Below are positions 48,701-56,543 of a stretch of 64,000 nt of DNA, piece after piece. A program made the translations under genes and the position numbers. The stretch is from IMG/VR virus record IMGVR_UViG_3300025876_000005, positions 8,643 through 72,642 of that record; one strand, given 5' to 3'. Under the pieces are notes generated by a model. It saw nothing but the letters and a program-made list of their open reading frames with translations, searched no databases and was not told where the DNA came from. Positions within the stretch are counted from its first letter, which is position 1. Each line of letters opens with the position of its first letter. Origin of the DNA: a virus.

Positions 48701-49664
48701 GACGCCTCTATATAAACACAGTCTGACTAGTTCAGCTGAGATTAACGTTGCTAGATCTTACTATAATAAATTCAATAGATGTGGTGTTGCTTTTAACGTT
48801 GGTTTTATTAAAGACTCAAACGTGATGAAGGTGGTTCAAGGTGAAGCTATTGTGCCTCAGGCGTCAACACATGATTTAGGTTGGGGTAAAATTAAGAACC
48901 ATTACTATCATAAGGTTAATGAGATTAATCCGAACGGTGTGTTGAAACTGACTAAAGGTGGAGACTTTTTACCTGTTTACCCGGTGATTGATGAGATAGC
49001 AATTGACTACAAAGATGTTAATGTCTTTAAGTCTTCTTGGGAAGATGGATATTACACAAGGTCTCTGGCAGGTGGTAATAAGGTTAACGTTGCGGGTACT
49101 TTTGATACTGCAGAAGAAAGATCTTATCTGGGTTCTACGGTCATGAAACTACAAGATGCTTATTTCTTAACAGAGTTTACAGTTCAGTTTGCAGGCTCGG
49201 AAGAAGAGCTAGACGATATTTTAAGAACTAATAATAATGAGAATGATGTTGTAATCTACGAAGACGATCAGACACTAATTGCTGACTTCTACATGAATGA
49301 CGTGGTCTATCAAAAATTAAGTGATCTCGGTGCTTTAAATACGCTTTCTCAGTTTATTGACCCGGTAAAGTCAATTGGTGATAAGACTACGCTGAGTGAT
49401 GATATGCAGGACTACGTAAACAAGAACTTGATTCAAGCGTTTACAATTGACCAGATTGACCTTTGGGTAAGTAGATTTAAAGGTGCTCAGTCTAATATAT
49501 TAAGCACTTCAAGTCTTGAGGGTCTAGATGACGGCGGCTTTACTAGAGATCAGAGCTTTACTTATAGCTTACATGGTGATACACCGCTAAACTTCAGGTT
49601 GATATATAACAAAAGACTAGGCTATTCTTACAATATTAGACCTATGATAAAAATACAGTCCTAA
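42729..49664 (+). CDS. Very large (2311 aa) virion protein with a Cys-containing repetitive N-terminal extension
   Basis: Uninterrupted ORF after GATATATA; repeated DGWYA modules and a TSG linker. Confidence 0.6.
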   Translation: MALQSINLYSKTGITNPCTGGGQGTLGVFYWDDDDGSSGSLTPNSLDTIVSNSKEIYNDSLFQSLAQDGWYAESLFPGQNQVDVYQFQSGSWGSYTQCQPSATASITVYYKDPNQLDPSVGPDDTNPCDPNVSASQETIYYDSTAQGGVGFGLTLAQAIQYNVGVFYDFSLSQQLDDGWYADDDFPDSVNDVNVYLFLGGAHYSNLNTNGYIICQSTGGTSTTSGTSGTSGTSGSSGTAGAFSLRVTAAEAAPFLCQDVTDDDPDSTIPFYTIHYWTSSGPLTLAQVADANIPIFSDENSAVDYGLRVQSGVTPTYSGIIKFSGYFREFKQRGIFYWEFNDSNPANSKWRSELQDDCPPIPEPQAWPITLYHDNTLSNPDSISEYCCSNNSTSAVWYYWSVNPYPNLLTLANAGILLYNTANAAEISLFPELIPFGIWGDDTGIGTDKLLKFRPNDDLQPTWFGLDDSDTETESPNITQYFNCGYFTQPAGSPNTNIQSTSPFANKVFYAFHSCDPTAGEHILHVVDGQHFANVDNFMSDFIETLVRTNPKLTTIETGVIGCQTYKHKVIAESIEEAVQLLKAEKLNGVKYYDAVQESELSDLGIGDFVTLSIYADCCDCIQRLNDSRYQFGETGVVQPAGLGPNFAVERNAKLDNVAKPLLRTNPKLTTNVKLVVNSRDELYLDSISATDDLASANYKKFPVNPRGSYAYDLTRFYTKNKTPLEIVYTTKRRDSDFSVFSEYEKQIEEDYHYGTAMNYSKLYDEEFRMFAPIYVDLNMPKKFVIYRINDPKDSTSFTDSALGNEARIKKLIEKSEIVKVFDLTKNSNIGKYLRNYVQDQAFPKAPITFSFEENEKTTYNGIDLIKGGFTKKAEYMHNDFILKDKPLVAANDFVTDGFRRNHIAAANIINMEFLFDDPHASTYSVNRYIGLYVDDIETGSGRVSSIRNGSIIFKNVNSNMSSTFDYAAIPSYKMLTEMPILAYARTGENYYKLDNTKSYDHSRLELRVQDSRNEIPTQLGIQYKGQTIDIKANPNRGFDFIKVKVVDIPNHNDKIALATVKNESYRFTFVKFVANVNVQIDDSVGNTITFNTGADITTALSNVQTAYTAPFADVYNLEILDNGFILTEKLANLLNLAPEVTTSNGNVFNRKEIYTNVEIPNRSYYAADPNTASPNYLTKGTFSGQYFSAAGNTRDVAIALTKLIRERGDFDAFNIGDEIYISVKIPGYKIMQQAFLVNRNNTLPFLEFDAINVDSDNELELGDLAIGTSGNWDAYFFKGGNLENKSILVTKETAPIISVGEYLPTAYKGRYNRVVDIVQDITDPAGDYLKVILSLENSVKDGEVRVFVDRDLTMGLFSAYSIYDMDFDFHDTANSNLKELNHETIDQIVYEPYSGVSQNTSPGAGDLIKTDVLDAAYEISPDLYFANLQPILGNEDIDDVDLESIGSEYDRLSENEIKEFAIGSRVVPNINKWVLRNGNTVREEPYHLNANSAFGRTNFAPDLEVTERDIKAFTHEWFYIENLPDYLRFWQINNTFSYINFIKGFDLTKDLFKRVDYDYFDMFMVGEGHEIDLYNDDPLERDSSLFNINSYVKSNLRKKYTIIDNGSSETFANTIFKGLNVTLKSRKEFVNSVASEFVKNTEFNGYKFSIMVKVNNQASNNSIDFEVIQNKKFKFVIFYITLNTGDVWASDLNRKLFYELKHQLNYNTVTNKYVYADINISGALDLKAINFNGLSPYRVYGIDHADGSVSNFDSQISKNTSGTYNNIVIDLGAIGEYQVQVFSVESDSELFIQGRPTKVGGSVSDPDYYLDTVALNIADLKNATYTYIGGGFNAQQLILNELTAGNVSKVLNNNDDRVTYTTIESDGTVNNNRFTINFNDGKEFVKKVDLTTVEDVDKPKSYKLLSTGVTAKLTISDPVAAKEKYYDDYNKSKKTIGYNIVATNPYYAFMVRHSGDYTIDLEPVVTFTDIYTHFKTNRKHSTLDLREQLFETPLYKHSLTSSAEINVARSYYNKFNRCGVAFNVGFIKDSNVMKVVQGEAIVPQASTHDLGWGKIKNHYYHKVNEINPNGVLKLTKGGDFLPVYPVIDEIAIDYKDVNVFKSSWEDGYYTRSLAGGNKVNVAGTFDTAEERSYLGSTVMKLQDAYFLTEFTVQFAGSEEELDDILRTNNNENDVVIYEDDQTLIADFYMNDVVYQKLSDLGALNTLSQFIDPVKSIGDKTTLSDDMQDYVNKNLIQAFTIDQIDLWVSRFKGAQSNILSTSSLEGLDDGGFTRDQSFTYSLHGDTPLNFRLIYNKRLGYSYNIRPMIKIQS
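43395..43430 (+). repeat. (ACTAGTGGA)x4 encoding a TSG linker
   Basis: Four exact 9-nt units. Confidence 0.9.
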
Positions 49665-49665
49665 A

Positions 49666-51657
49666 ATGGCAATCAACATAAAAGAAATATTAACTAATGA
49701 TAGCGATGTAATTAAAGTTGACAAGACTAATTACAACTTTGATCAGCTTGTTGCTAACGGCGGTGGACCGATCGGGATCAAGGGCCAGAAAGGCGAACTT
49801 GGAGGTGTCGGTACAACAGGAGCAAAGGGTGAAAATGGTGATGAAGGAGCAAAAGGAGCAAAAGGAGATACTGGCGCTGATGTTAACAACTGGGGTAGAA
49901 TAAGCTACGACAGCGCTACAGACGCTGATATATTAAAACCGAAGAGAGGTGGTACTACTGATGAGCCTGTTTCTATTATTCTAGGCGATGAAGCCTATGT
50001 ATACGGTGTAACAGATGGTATTGACAATCCAACTGCGTGGTTAAATATAGTTTTACCTGATAGTCCAAAATACAGTAATTATGCTAGTTTTTTAAACAGC
50101 ACTTCTTCTGTTTTAAATCTTACAAGTTCAACCCAGTCAAGCGTTGATACTTACCAGATTAGCCATGGAACTTCTACAAATAGTGTAGACTTTAAGATAG
50201 ACATTAAGAATAGTTTATACTTAAATGCACCTGATTTAGTGCAGATTACATCTAATACTGCGATTAAGCTTAATGCTGCTAACAACAATATTACATTAGG
50301 GCCAGATACTGGTACTTCTTCAGGTCTAATTGACTTAAGAGCAGATAGTGTTATTGCTAGAGGTAATTTGACAGTTGAAGGTACTACTACTGGTTATATT
50401 AAAGTGCCAAATGGTACTACGGCTAATAGACCAACCGGTGCTTATGGTATGATCCGCTACAATACTAATTTAGATGTTGGTCATAGCAGTGATAAAGGTA
50501 GTTTAGAGACTTTTGTTCAGCACCCAGAAGGAGATTACTGGAAGCCTTTGGGTAATATGGTAGACGCAGACGGCGATACTTTTATTACAGTAGACTATGC
50601 TGAAAACGATGGAACTGATAATGTGATTAGACTTAATGTTGGTTATCTTAGCGGTAGTTCTTACTTAACAGAAGTTGTTGGTACTTTTGGTGAAACTGTA
50701 AGTGATGGAACAACAGATATTGATAGAGTATTTAAGTATAACAACGTTATTTATGCAGCTGATGATATTTTAGTGGCAAATGATTCTGGTTTAAGGATTA
50801 AGGAAAATGGAGCAACACCGGGCGGTAGTCAAGTTGCTGCACAGAATAGCGGTGCTGCAGCTGCTAATAGAACTTTAGCAGATTACTTTTATAGAGAAAG
50901 TGCATTACAATATGACGTTGATGCATTTACTGACGGTACTCCATTTACTAATACGGTCACTGCTTCTACATCTAGCTACAGAAGAACAAATCAGGTTATA
51001 AAGGCTCTTGGTTGGGATCCGTCTGTTGGAAGTACTCTATCAAGCGCAAACGTAGCTATTATCATTGACCACAATAAAACAAAAATGTCTTATGTTAAAG
51101 TTGGGCATATGGTAACGGTTTGGGGAAGAATCGATTATTTCCCTTATTCAATAGCCAGTACTAACTTAAGTACAGAAACACCAGATATTAATTTTGATGG
51201 CACAAGCGGATCATCTGGTATTACTACACCTTCTAGAAGAGCTGCATTTGCAATAGGTAAACCAGCTACTTTCCCATATACTTCTGGTCTTACAGATACT
51301 AGAGTTGTATTCCCAATATCTGTTAGTTTAACAGCACAAGACGGTACAGCTGCTAGTGTTGGTTTTAGATATTTTGGAGTTATTGAACCAGGTATGAATG
51401 TGTTTACAATTATACAAGTAGATGATAGTACTGGTTTTATACCTGACGAAGCGTCAGAATCAGCCGATTCACACCACGCTAAGCATTTAGATATTGATGA
51501 TTTAAAAGTAACATCAGCTACACCAGGTGAAGTTATTACATTAGAGTATAACTTTAGCATGCCTACTGATATAAACTCATATGATCTTAGTTCTAATTCT
51601 CTTGCTATTTACACTGAAGCTGAACTTACACAAAACCAAAACCAAAACCAAAACTAG
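49666..51657 (+). CDS. Tail fibre protein with collagen-like GXY repeats
   Basis: KTNYNFDQL anchor, about 13 GXY triplets, VPNGTTANRP..GMIRYNT fibre motif; ends in (QN)4. Confidence 0.75.
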   Translation: MAINIKEILTNDSDVIKVDKTNYNFDQLVANGGGPIGIKGQKGELGGVGTTGAKGENGDEGAKGAKGDTGADVNNWGRISYDSATDADILKPKRGGTTDEPVSIILGDEAYVYGVTDGIDNPTAWLNIVLPDSPKYSNYASFLNSTSSVLNLTSSTQSSVDTYQISHGTSTNSVDFKIDIKNSLYLNAPDLVQITSNTAIKLNAANNNITLGPDTGTSSGLIDLRADSVIARGNLTVEGTTTGYIKVPNGTTANRPTGAYGMIRYNTNLDVGHSSDKGSLETFVQHPEGDYWKPLGNMVDADGDTFITVDYAENDGTDNVIRLNVGYLSGSSYLTEVVGTFGETVSDGTTDIDRVFKYNNVIYAADDILVANDSGLRIKENGATPGGSQVAAQNSGAAAANRTLADYFYRESALQYDVDAFTDGTPFTNTVTASTSSYRRTNQVIKALGWDPSVGSTLSSANVAIIIDHNKTKMSYVKVGHMVTVWGRIDYFPYSIASTNLSTETPDINFDGTSGSSGITTPSRRAAFAIGKPATFPYTSGLTDTRVVFPISVSLTAQDGTAASVGFRYFGVIEPGMNVFTIIQVDDSTGFIPDEASESADSHHAKHLDIDDLKVTSATPGEVITLEYNFSMPTDINSYDLSSNSLAIYTEAELTQNQNQNQN

Positions 51658-51659
51658 GG

Positions 51660-52490
51660 ATGATAACATTAACGTACGTGTTAGATAAATTAAAAGCTAT
51701 TTGGCAGAATAAGCAACTCAGGAACTTCTTGATAATTGTTCTTGTTGCTCTATTATTCTTAAAACAATGTAATCAAATCTCTAATCTAAAAAGAGAAGTC
51801 GATCAAGTTGAAGAAACTGCAAATAGAAACTTTAATAATTACAAGGCAGCTCAAGATACAGTTAGACTTTTAGAACTTAAAAATGGTAAGCAAGCTGCTA
51901 CGATTAAGAGTTATGAGTTTGATATTGCTAACCTAGAAGAAGAACAACATGGTTTAATAGCTAAGTACCGGGGTGTTTTAGATATTAATAAGGACTTGAA
52001 CAAGGTTAACACTCTTCTTTCGGCAGATATTAAGATTAAAGATAGTTTGCTAGCTGCTATTTCTGTAGAAAGAATAGACTCAATTACTGATAAAGTAACG
52101 TTTGATAGATTTGATGACTTTGGTCATGGCAATACTAGGAATTTAGCCGGTAGTATGTTTGTTTATAGGGATGGAGATAATCTACTGTACAGGGACGCTA
52201 TCTTTTCAATTCAACAGGAAATGAGCCTTTATGCTGCGATTGAAGATGCTGATGGAGATAGCCAAGATGAGATTAAGATTACAACGGACTATCCTGGCCT
52301 TATAATAACTGACATTGAAAATATAAACCTGATAAATAGTAAGTTGAACCAGAAGTATGAGAAGAAATCTGGCTGGTCTATAGGCTTAGGCGTTGGGTAT
52401 GGAGTAAATTTAAACAATAACCAAGTAATTAGCTATGGACCTAGTCTAGGCATAGGTCTTTTCTGGTCACCTAAATGGTTAAGATTTTAA
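51660..52490 (+). CDS. Membrane-anchored coiled-coil protein, spanin-like candidate
   Basis: N-terminal hydrophobic segment ending in LFLKQC, a coiled coil, and a C-terminal amphipathic beta-hairpin WSIGLGVGYG..GPSLGIGLFW. Confidence 0.5.
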   Translation: MITLTYVLDKLKAIWQNKQLRNFLIIVLVALLFLKQCNQISNLKREVDQVEETANRNFNNYKAAQDTVRLLELKNGKQAATIKSYEFDIANLEEEQHGLIAKYRGVLDINKDLNKVNTLLSADIKIKDSLLAAISVERIDSITDKVTFDRFDDFGHGNTRNLAGSMFVYRDGDNLLYRDAIFSIQQEMSLYAAIEDADGDSQDEIKITTDYPGLIITDIENINLINSKLNQKYEKKSGWSIGLGVGYGVNLNNNQVISYGPSLGIGLFWSPKWLRF

Positions 52491-52491
52491 T

Positions 52492-54558
52492 ATGGCACAA
52501 TCATCAAGATATTTTAGAATAGACGACGACGTACTTTTAGAGTTCATCTATCACGATCAATCTAACCCAAACGCGTATGAGATTGACGTAGACGATAATG
52601 GCTCTGAAGTTATGTTCTTGGACACGGACCAAGGCAATCCATTTGCTCAAAGACACCTGATCTCTGAATTAGGTGGCGACGTTGTCAACTTCGATGTAAC
52701 TGATGATGGAGCCTACATTGCAGTTGAAGGATTTGCCGCTAGAACTCTACTATTACAGAACGGTAAGACTTATAAATTTAACGTAAGCGCTCTTGCAGTA
52801 CCTACAGACTTTGATATTGAAGGTACATTAGGTATAAAGAGTTACGATGTGGTTGCCGGAGTTTTAACGTTTGTGCCGAATACAGACGGCCAAACTAGTT
52901 ATACTTATCCAAATAGAGTTGGTGGTAAAATTACAGTTGACCGTAGAGCTAATCCACTGTTCTCAAACCCAGATGAAGATACTGGCAATGACGTTAACCA
53001 GACATTAGGTCGCTTTCATGCGGTACAACATCTAGATGATAAAACAAAGTATGCTCTGATTGGTTATGACTCAACTGGAGTCTACGCTAAGTATAATTAC
53101 ATAAACAACTCAACGGATTGGCAAGGATCAAACTCAGGCGATCTGGTGACCAACCAGGCGGCGAATACACTTGCTATCAACTATATCAAGTACGATACAA
53201 TTAGACTACATTTAAGAAGTGGCTATTCTTTCGCTGCTCGAGGCTATGAGGGTTTCTTGTTTGAAGTAACTGCCGATAGAACTTCTGGCGTGAAGAACTA
53301 TCTAACACAGTTAGTCTACTTGAATCAGAGTAACTACGAGTACGCTAATCCAAAGCCTTTTATTCTAGGTGAGACTCTCTACTCTAAGTTTATTGAAGTA
53401 AAGGTACCAACTCTAGTACAGCAGAATCAAGAGTTCTTAGATAGGTTCTATGGTGACGGTACTCAATTCTCATCTGACGTTTCACAGACTTCAAACTACG
53501 GTATTAGTTTTAAGCTAATCGATACTCTTTCAGCTGAAGCTGGATTTGACTATATTTACACAGGTGAAGAGAATAAGTTTACGGTTTCAAGAGAGGATGA
53601 ATTCCAGGACTTTACGGTTGTAGTTGAAGACGCTGATGATGGAGATTACTTTAAGATCTACGGTGAAAAAGATAATTCAGCTTCTAATTTTGAGGGCTAT
53701 ATCCTGAATAGAATTCAGACTAGCCAAGATGATATTACAGTCTTCTTTGACATCGAAGTATTTGAACAAGTTGGTGTTTCTAATATTAAGACGGCAACTG
53801 CAGGCTTTACACAATATGAAGATTTTGATACTCCAGTTGTATATCGACCAGTTATTCAAAATGCAAATACAGCGGTTAATTTCTCAATTGACGTAACGAT
53901 GAGAATTTACAACCAGACTGATAATACTCAAATCGTAAAGAGAGCGAGTTTAACAGTACCTCAGGCTGCGAAATACGGTAAGACTTTACAGAAGGTTACA
54001 ATTAGCTCAGCTAACAAATTATCTGAGATTTATAATGTGTTGCCAAATACAGTTCCGAATAGAGTTATTCAAGATGTATTGACAAATGCACTACCGAGAA
54101 GTACAAAACAGGTAATTGCACTTGTTGAAAGACATAATGTTGTAACAGCTTCTGCTCCAGTACAAGCGGTACCTAGTCTTTCGGATCCAAATACAATTGA
54201 AATCGAAGACGTAGAAGAAGTAAGCTATGTTAGTAATAAGCAAACAGTAATAATAATACCACCTTTTACAACTTATATTAAATTTAAGTTTGCTAAAAAG
54301 AAAGGCGATGATCTGGAATATATCTCACTAAATAATATTGAAAACGTTGTCCTAACTGTTGGTAGAGGTGAAAAGGCTCTTAAGTTTAACCACTATCCAC
54401 ATAAAGACATTGAGATGATCGACGGTGAAGTTCTATTTAAGATTGATGAAGGAAATGCTAAGATCATTAATGGCCGTAACAGAGGTAGATTCTACATATC
54501 TCTGGATAACGGTAACGAAGAAACTATGTTAACAACAGGAAGATATAGAGCAGGCTAA
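52492..54558 (+). CDS. Virion structural protein (hypothetical)
   Basis: 688 aa beta-rich ORF in the structural module. Confidence 0.55.
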   Translation: MAQSSRYFRIDDDVLLEFIYHDQSNPNAYEIDVDDNGSEVMFLDTDQGNPFAQRHLISELGGDVVNFDVTDDGAYIAVEGFAARTLLLQNGKTYKFNVSALAVPTDFDIEGTLGIKSYDVVAGVLTFVPNTDGQTSYTYPNRVGGKITVDRRANPLFSNPDEDTGNDVNQTLGRFHAVQHLDDKTKYALIGYDSTGVYAKYNYINNSTDWQGSNSGDLVTNQAANTLAINYIKYDTIRLHLRSGYSFAARGYEGFLFEVTADRTSGVKNYLTQLVYLNQSNYEYANPKPFILGETLYSKFIEVKVPTLVQQNQEFLDRFYGDGTQFSSDVSQTSNYGISFKLIDTLSAEAGFDYIYTGEENKFTVSREDEFQDFTVVVEDADDGDYFKIYGEKDNSASNFEGYILNRIQTSQDDITVFFDIEVFEQVGVSNIKTATAGFTQYEDFDTPVVYRPVIQNANTAVNFSIDVTMRIYNQTDNTQIVKRASLTVPQAAKYGKTLQKVTISSANKLSEIYNVLPNTVPNRVIQDVLTNALPRSTKQVIALVERHNVVTASAPVQAVPSLSDPNTIEIEDVEEVSYVSNKQTVIIIPPFTTYIKFKFAKKKGDDLEYISLNNIENVVLTVGRGEKALKFNHYPHKDIEMIDGEVLFKIDEGNAKIINGRNRGRFYISLDNGNEETMLTTGRYRAG

Positions 54559-55109
54559 TGATATTAAACAGTAGAAATAACTTATTTGACTTTCGTTTTC
54601 CAAGAAAGTTTGTTCCAGAAGAAGTTGCTGAAAAGTATAAGCCTTATCTGAATAAAATTCCAGGTGGTCTTTTGGCAGAGCCAGTAGACTTTGTGAACTA
54701 TTCAATCCAGGGTTTAAATATTCCTGGAATTAGTTTTGATCCAACGACTCAAGCTGATAATGATGGAACAACAAGATACCACAGAGGTGCTATTCCGATC
54801 CAAAATACAATTGATCGTCAGTTTACAGTGACCTTTCAGTTATTGGATGGATATATAAACTACTGGATTATGATGGACACCTTGCTCTATTATTATGCAA
54901 GAACCACAAAAGAGCCTTATATTCAAGGATTGACATTAAGGATCTTAGATTCAGAAGGAAGCAGTGTTGCTTATATGCAGTTTGAAAGAGTTATTATGAA
55001 CTCAATTAACGAACTAAGTTTAAGCATGGCAGACAACGTGGCGGAATTTAGCACATTTGAGGTTACATTCTTCTACAATAAATTAAACTTAAGGCTAGAA
55101 ATAGAATAA
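54558..55109 (+). CDS. Tail tube-like / tail completion protein (gp19/gp3 fold)
   Basis: IQGLNIPGIS...FTVTFQLLDGYINYW...FSTFEVTFFYN pattern. Confidence 0.55.
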   Translation: MILNSRNNLFDFRFPRKFVPEEVAEKYKPYLNKIPGGLLAEPVDFVNYSIQGLNIPGISFDPTTQADNDGTTRYHRGAIPIQNTIDRQFTVTFQLLDGYINYWIMMDTLLYYYARTTKEPYIQGLTLRILDSEGSSVAYMQFERVIMNSINELSLSMADNVAEFSTFEVTFFYNKLNLRLEIE

Positions 55110-55116
55110 AGATAAA

Positions 55117-55485
55117 ATGAAGACATTTAATAAATACTTAGTTGAAGAACATGTGACAGAAACCGACATGGAACTAATCAAAGAGGGTTTACAGGAAGAA
55201 TGGACTCCGGAATTAGAAGCTAAGGTTGATGCTGCTATCGATGAATTCATGAAGCAATACGCAGATGCTGATGGAAACTTAAGTATTGAAAGGCTTAATG
55301 AAGAGATGACTAATGAAGGTTTTCTAGGTTCTATCTTAGGTGGTTTAACAGGATACGCACTTGGTAAATCAGTTGGTAAAATGGTTGCTAAGGTATTGGG
55401 TATTGAAAAAGGTGTACTTTATGACTTGTTAACTTCAAGACTAGTCGGTGCTGCTTTAGGCGCTAGTCTTGGTAAAAGATTCTAA
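55117..55485 (+). CDS. Acidic pro-region plus glycine-zipper amphipathic C-terminal peptide
   Basis: MKTFNKYLVEE leader; TNE followed by GFLGSILGGLTGYALG... GxxxG repeats. Confidence 0.65.
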   Translation: MKTFNKYLVEEHVTETDMELIKEGLQEEWTPELEAKVDAAIDEFMKQYADADGNLSIERLNEEMTNEGFLGSILGGLTGYALGKSVGKMVAKVLGIEKGVLYDLLTSRLVGAALGASLGKRF

Positions 55486-56139
55486 ATGAACTATATCGCA
55501 GTTGACTTCTCCTTAAACTCTCCGGGTATTTGCTTATATAACGATAAGAGTAAGAAGTATAAATTTATTGGTTACATTAAGCCGAAGACAGGCACAAAGA
55601 AAGAACAAGCCTTACAAGAAGAATTAGGCATGTTGCAAGATGTAACGATGGTGACTCAGCCAGATTTTACAAATGATGAAAACTATTCGGGCTCTGAACT
55701 TGCAAAAGTAAAGCGCTACGATCGAATGGCTGATGAAATAATTAATCTCATTCTACAAGAGTCCTTTCCAGGCGACTCATTTACTATTGCATTCGAAGGA
55801 ACTTCATACGGCTCAAAGATGGGTACTAACAATATGATCGATATGGCAGCCGGCGCAGCAATCTTAAAACTAAAGATGTTGAAAGTTCTACAGCCGGAAG
55901 ATTTGCTAACGGTCGCTCCGACGACAATTAAGAAATTCGCTGGTAAAGGTAATATGAATAAGTCTCAAGTGTTCGATGCTTTCGTTGCTAATTCAATAGA
56001 TGACAAGTCTCTGCTTAAGAGTCCATTCTACGCTCGGATTAAAGAGCTAGACTGTGGGAAAAAGGTGCCTAAACCTGTTGATGACCTCGTCGACGCTTTC
56101 TTTCTTGCAGCCATGATCTCTGCTCCAGCTCTAACCTAA
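55486..56139 (+). CDS. RuvC-like Holliday junction resolvase / RNase H-fold nuclease
   Basis: IAVDFSLNSPG, AFEG.SY, APTTIKKFAGKGNMNK, DDLVDAF. Confidence 0.78.
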   Translation: MNYIAVDFSLNSPGICLYNDKSKKYKFIGYIKPKTGTKKEQALQEELGMLQDVTMVTQPDFTNDENYSGSELAKVKRYDRMADEIINLILQESFPGDSFTIAFEGTSYGSKMGTNNMIDMAAGAAILKLKMLKVLQPEDLLTVAPTTIKKFAGKGNMNKSQVFDAFVANSIDDKSLLKSPFYARIKELDCGKKVPKPVDDLVDAFFLAAMISAPALT

Positions 56140-56259
56140 CCTTATCTCTCCCCGAAAAGACATTTATTATATGCAAGCCCTGGGGATTTGTTCCAAAAAG
56201 GTTCAAAAAAACTTCAACTTTTTTCAGTTGAAACAATCTGTTAGCTAGATATATAATAC

Positions 56260-56478
56260 ATGCAAGCAGATTATACTATGACGAGTAGATGTTTATGCAC
56301 GGCAGAATATTTCCAGCTTAATAGCATTCTAACAAATATGGTGTTACACGGTTCGATCTCAAACGATGATCGCGAAGAACTACTACACAAAGCGAAGTTG
56401 CTAAAGACTGAGGATGGTAAGTGGAAAGATTCAAACGGAGACATATTAACTCTCAACTCGACTGAAACAATAGTCTAA
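56260..56478 (+). CDS. Small hypothetical protein
   Basis: ORF right after TGAAAC-N17-TATAAT/GATATATA. Confidence 0.6.
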   Translation: MQADYTMTSRCLCTAEYFQLNSILTNMVLHGSISNDDREELLHKAKLLKTEDGKWKDSNGDILTLNSTETIV

Positions 56479-56491
56479 TTGCAACTATAAG
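56463..56491 (+). promoter_or_regulatory. Putative middle promoter for the SSB/primase operon
   Basis: TGAAAC-N17-TATAAG. Confidence 0.55.
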
Positions 56492-56543
56492 GTTTGAAAG
56501 TAATTTCAAGGAATTAAACATTTAAAAAGTAAATTAAAGTAAA

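Noticed and set aside
19587-51654. Short hexamer repeats (GAGCCA)x4 at 19587 and (CAAAAC)x4 at 51631 as phase-variation switches
   Set aside because: Unit length is a multiple of three, so slippage only changes linker length.
49666-51657. Diversity-generating retroelement target in the fibre gene
   Set aside because: No TR/VR repeat pair or reverse transcriptase was seen in the window.
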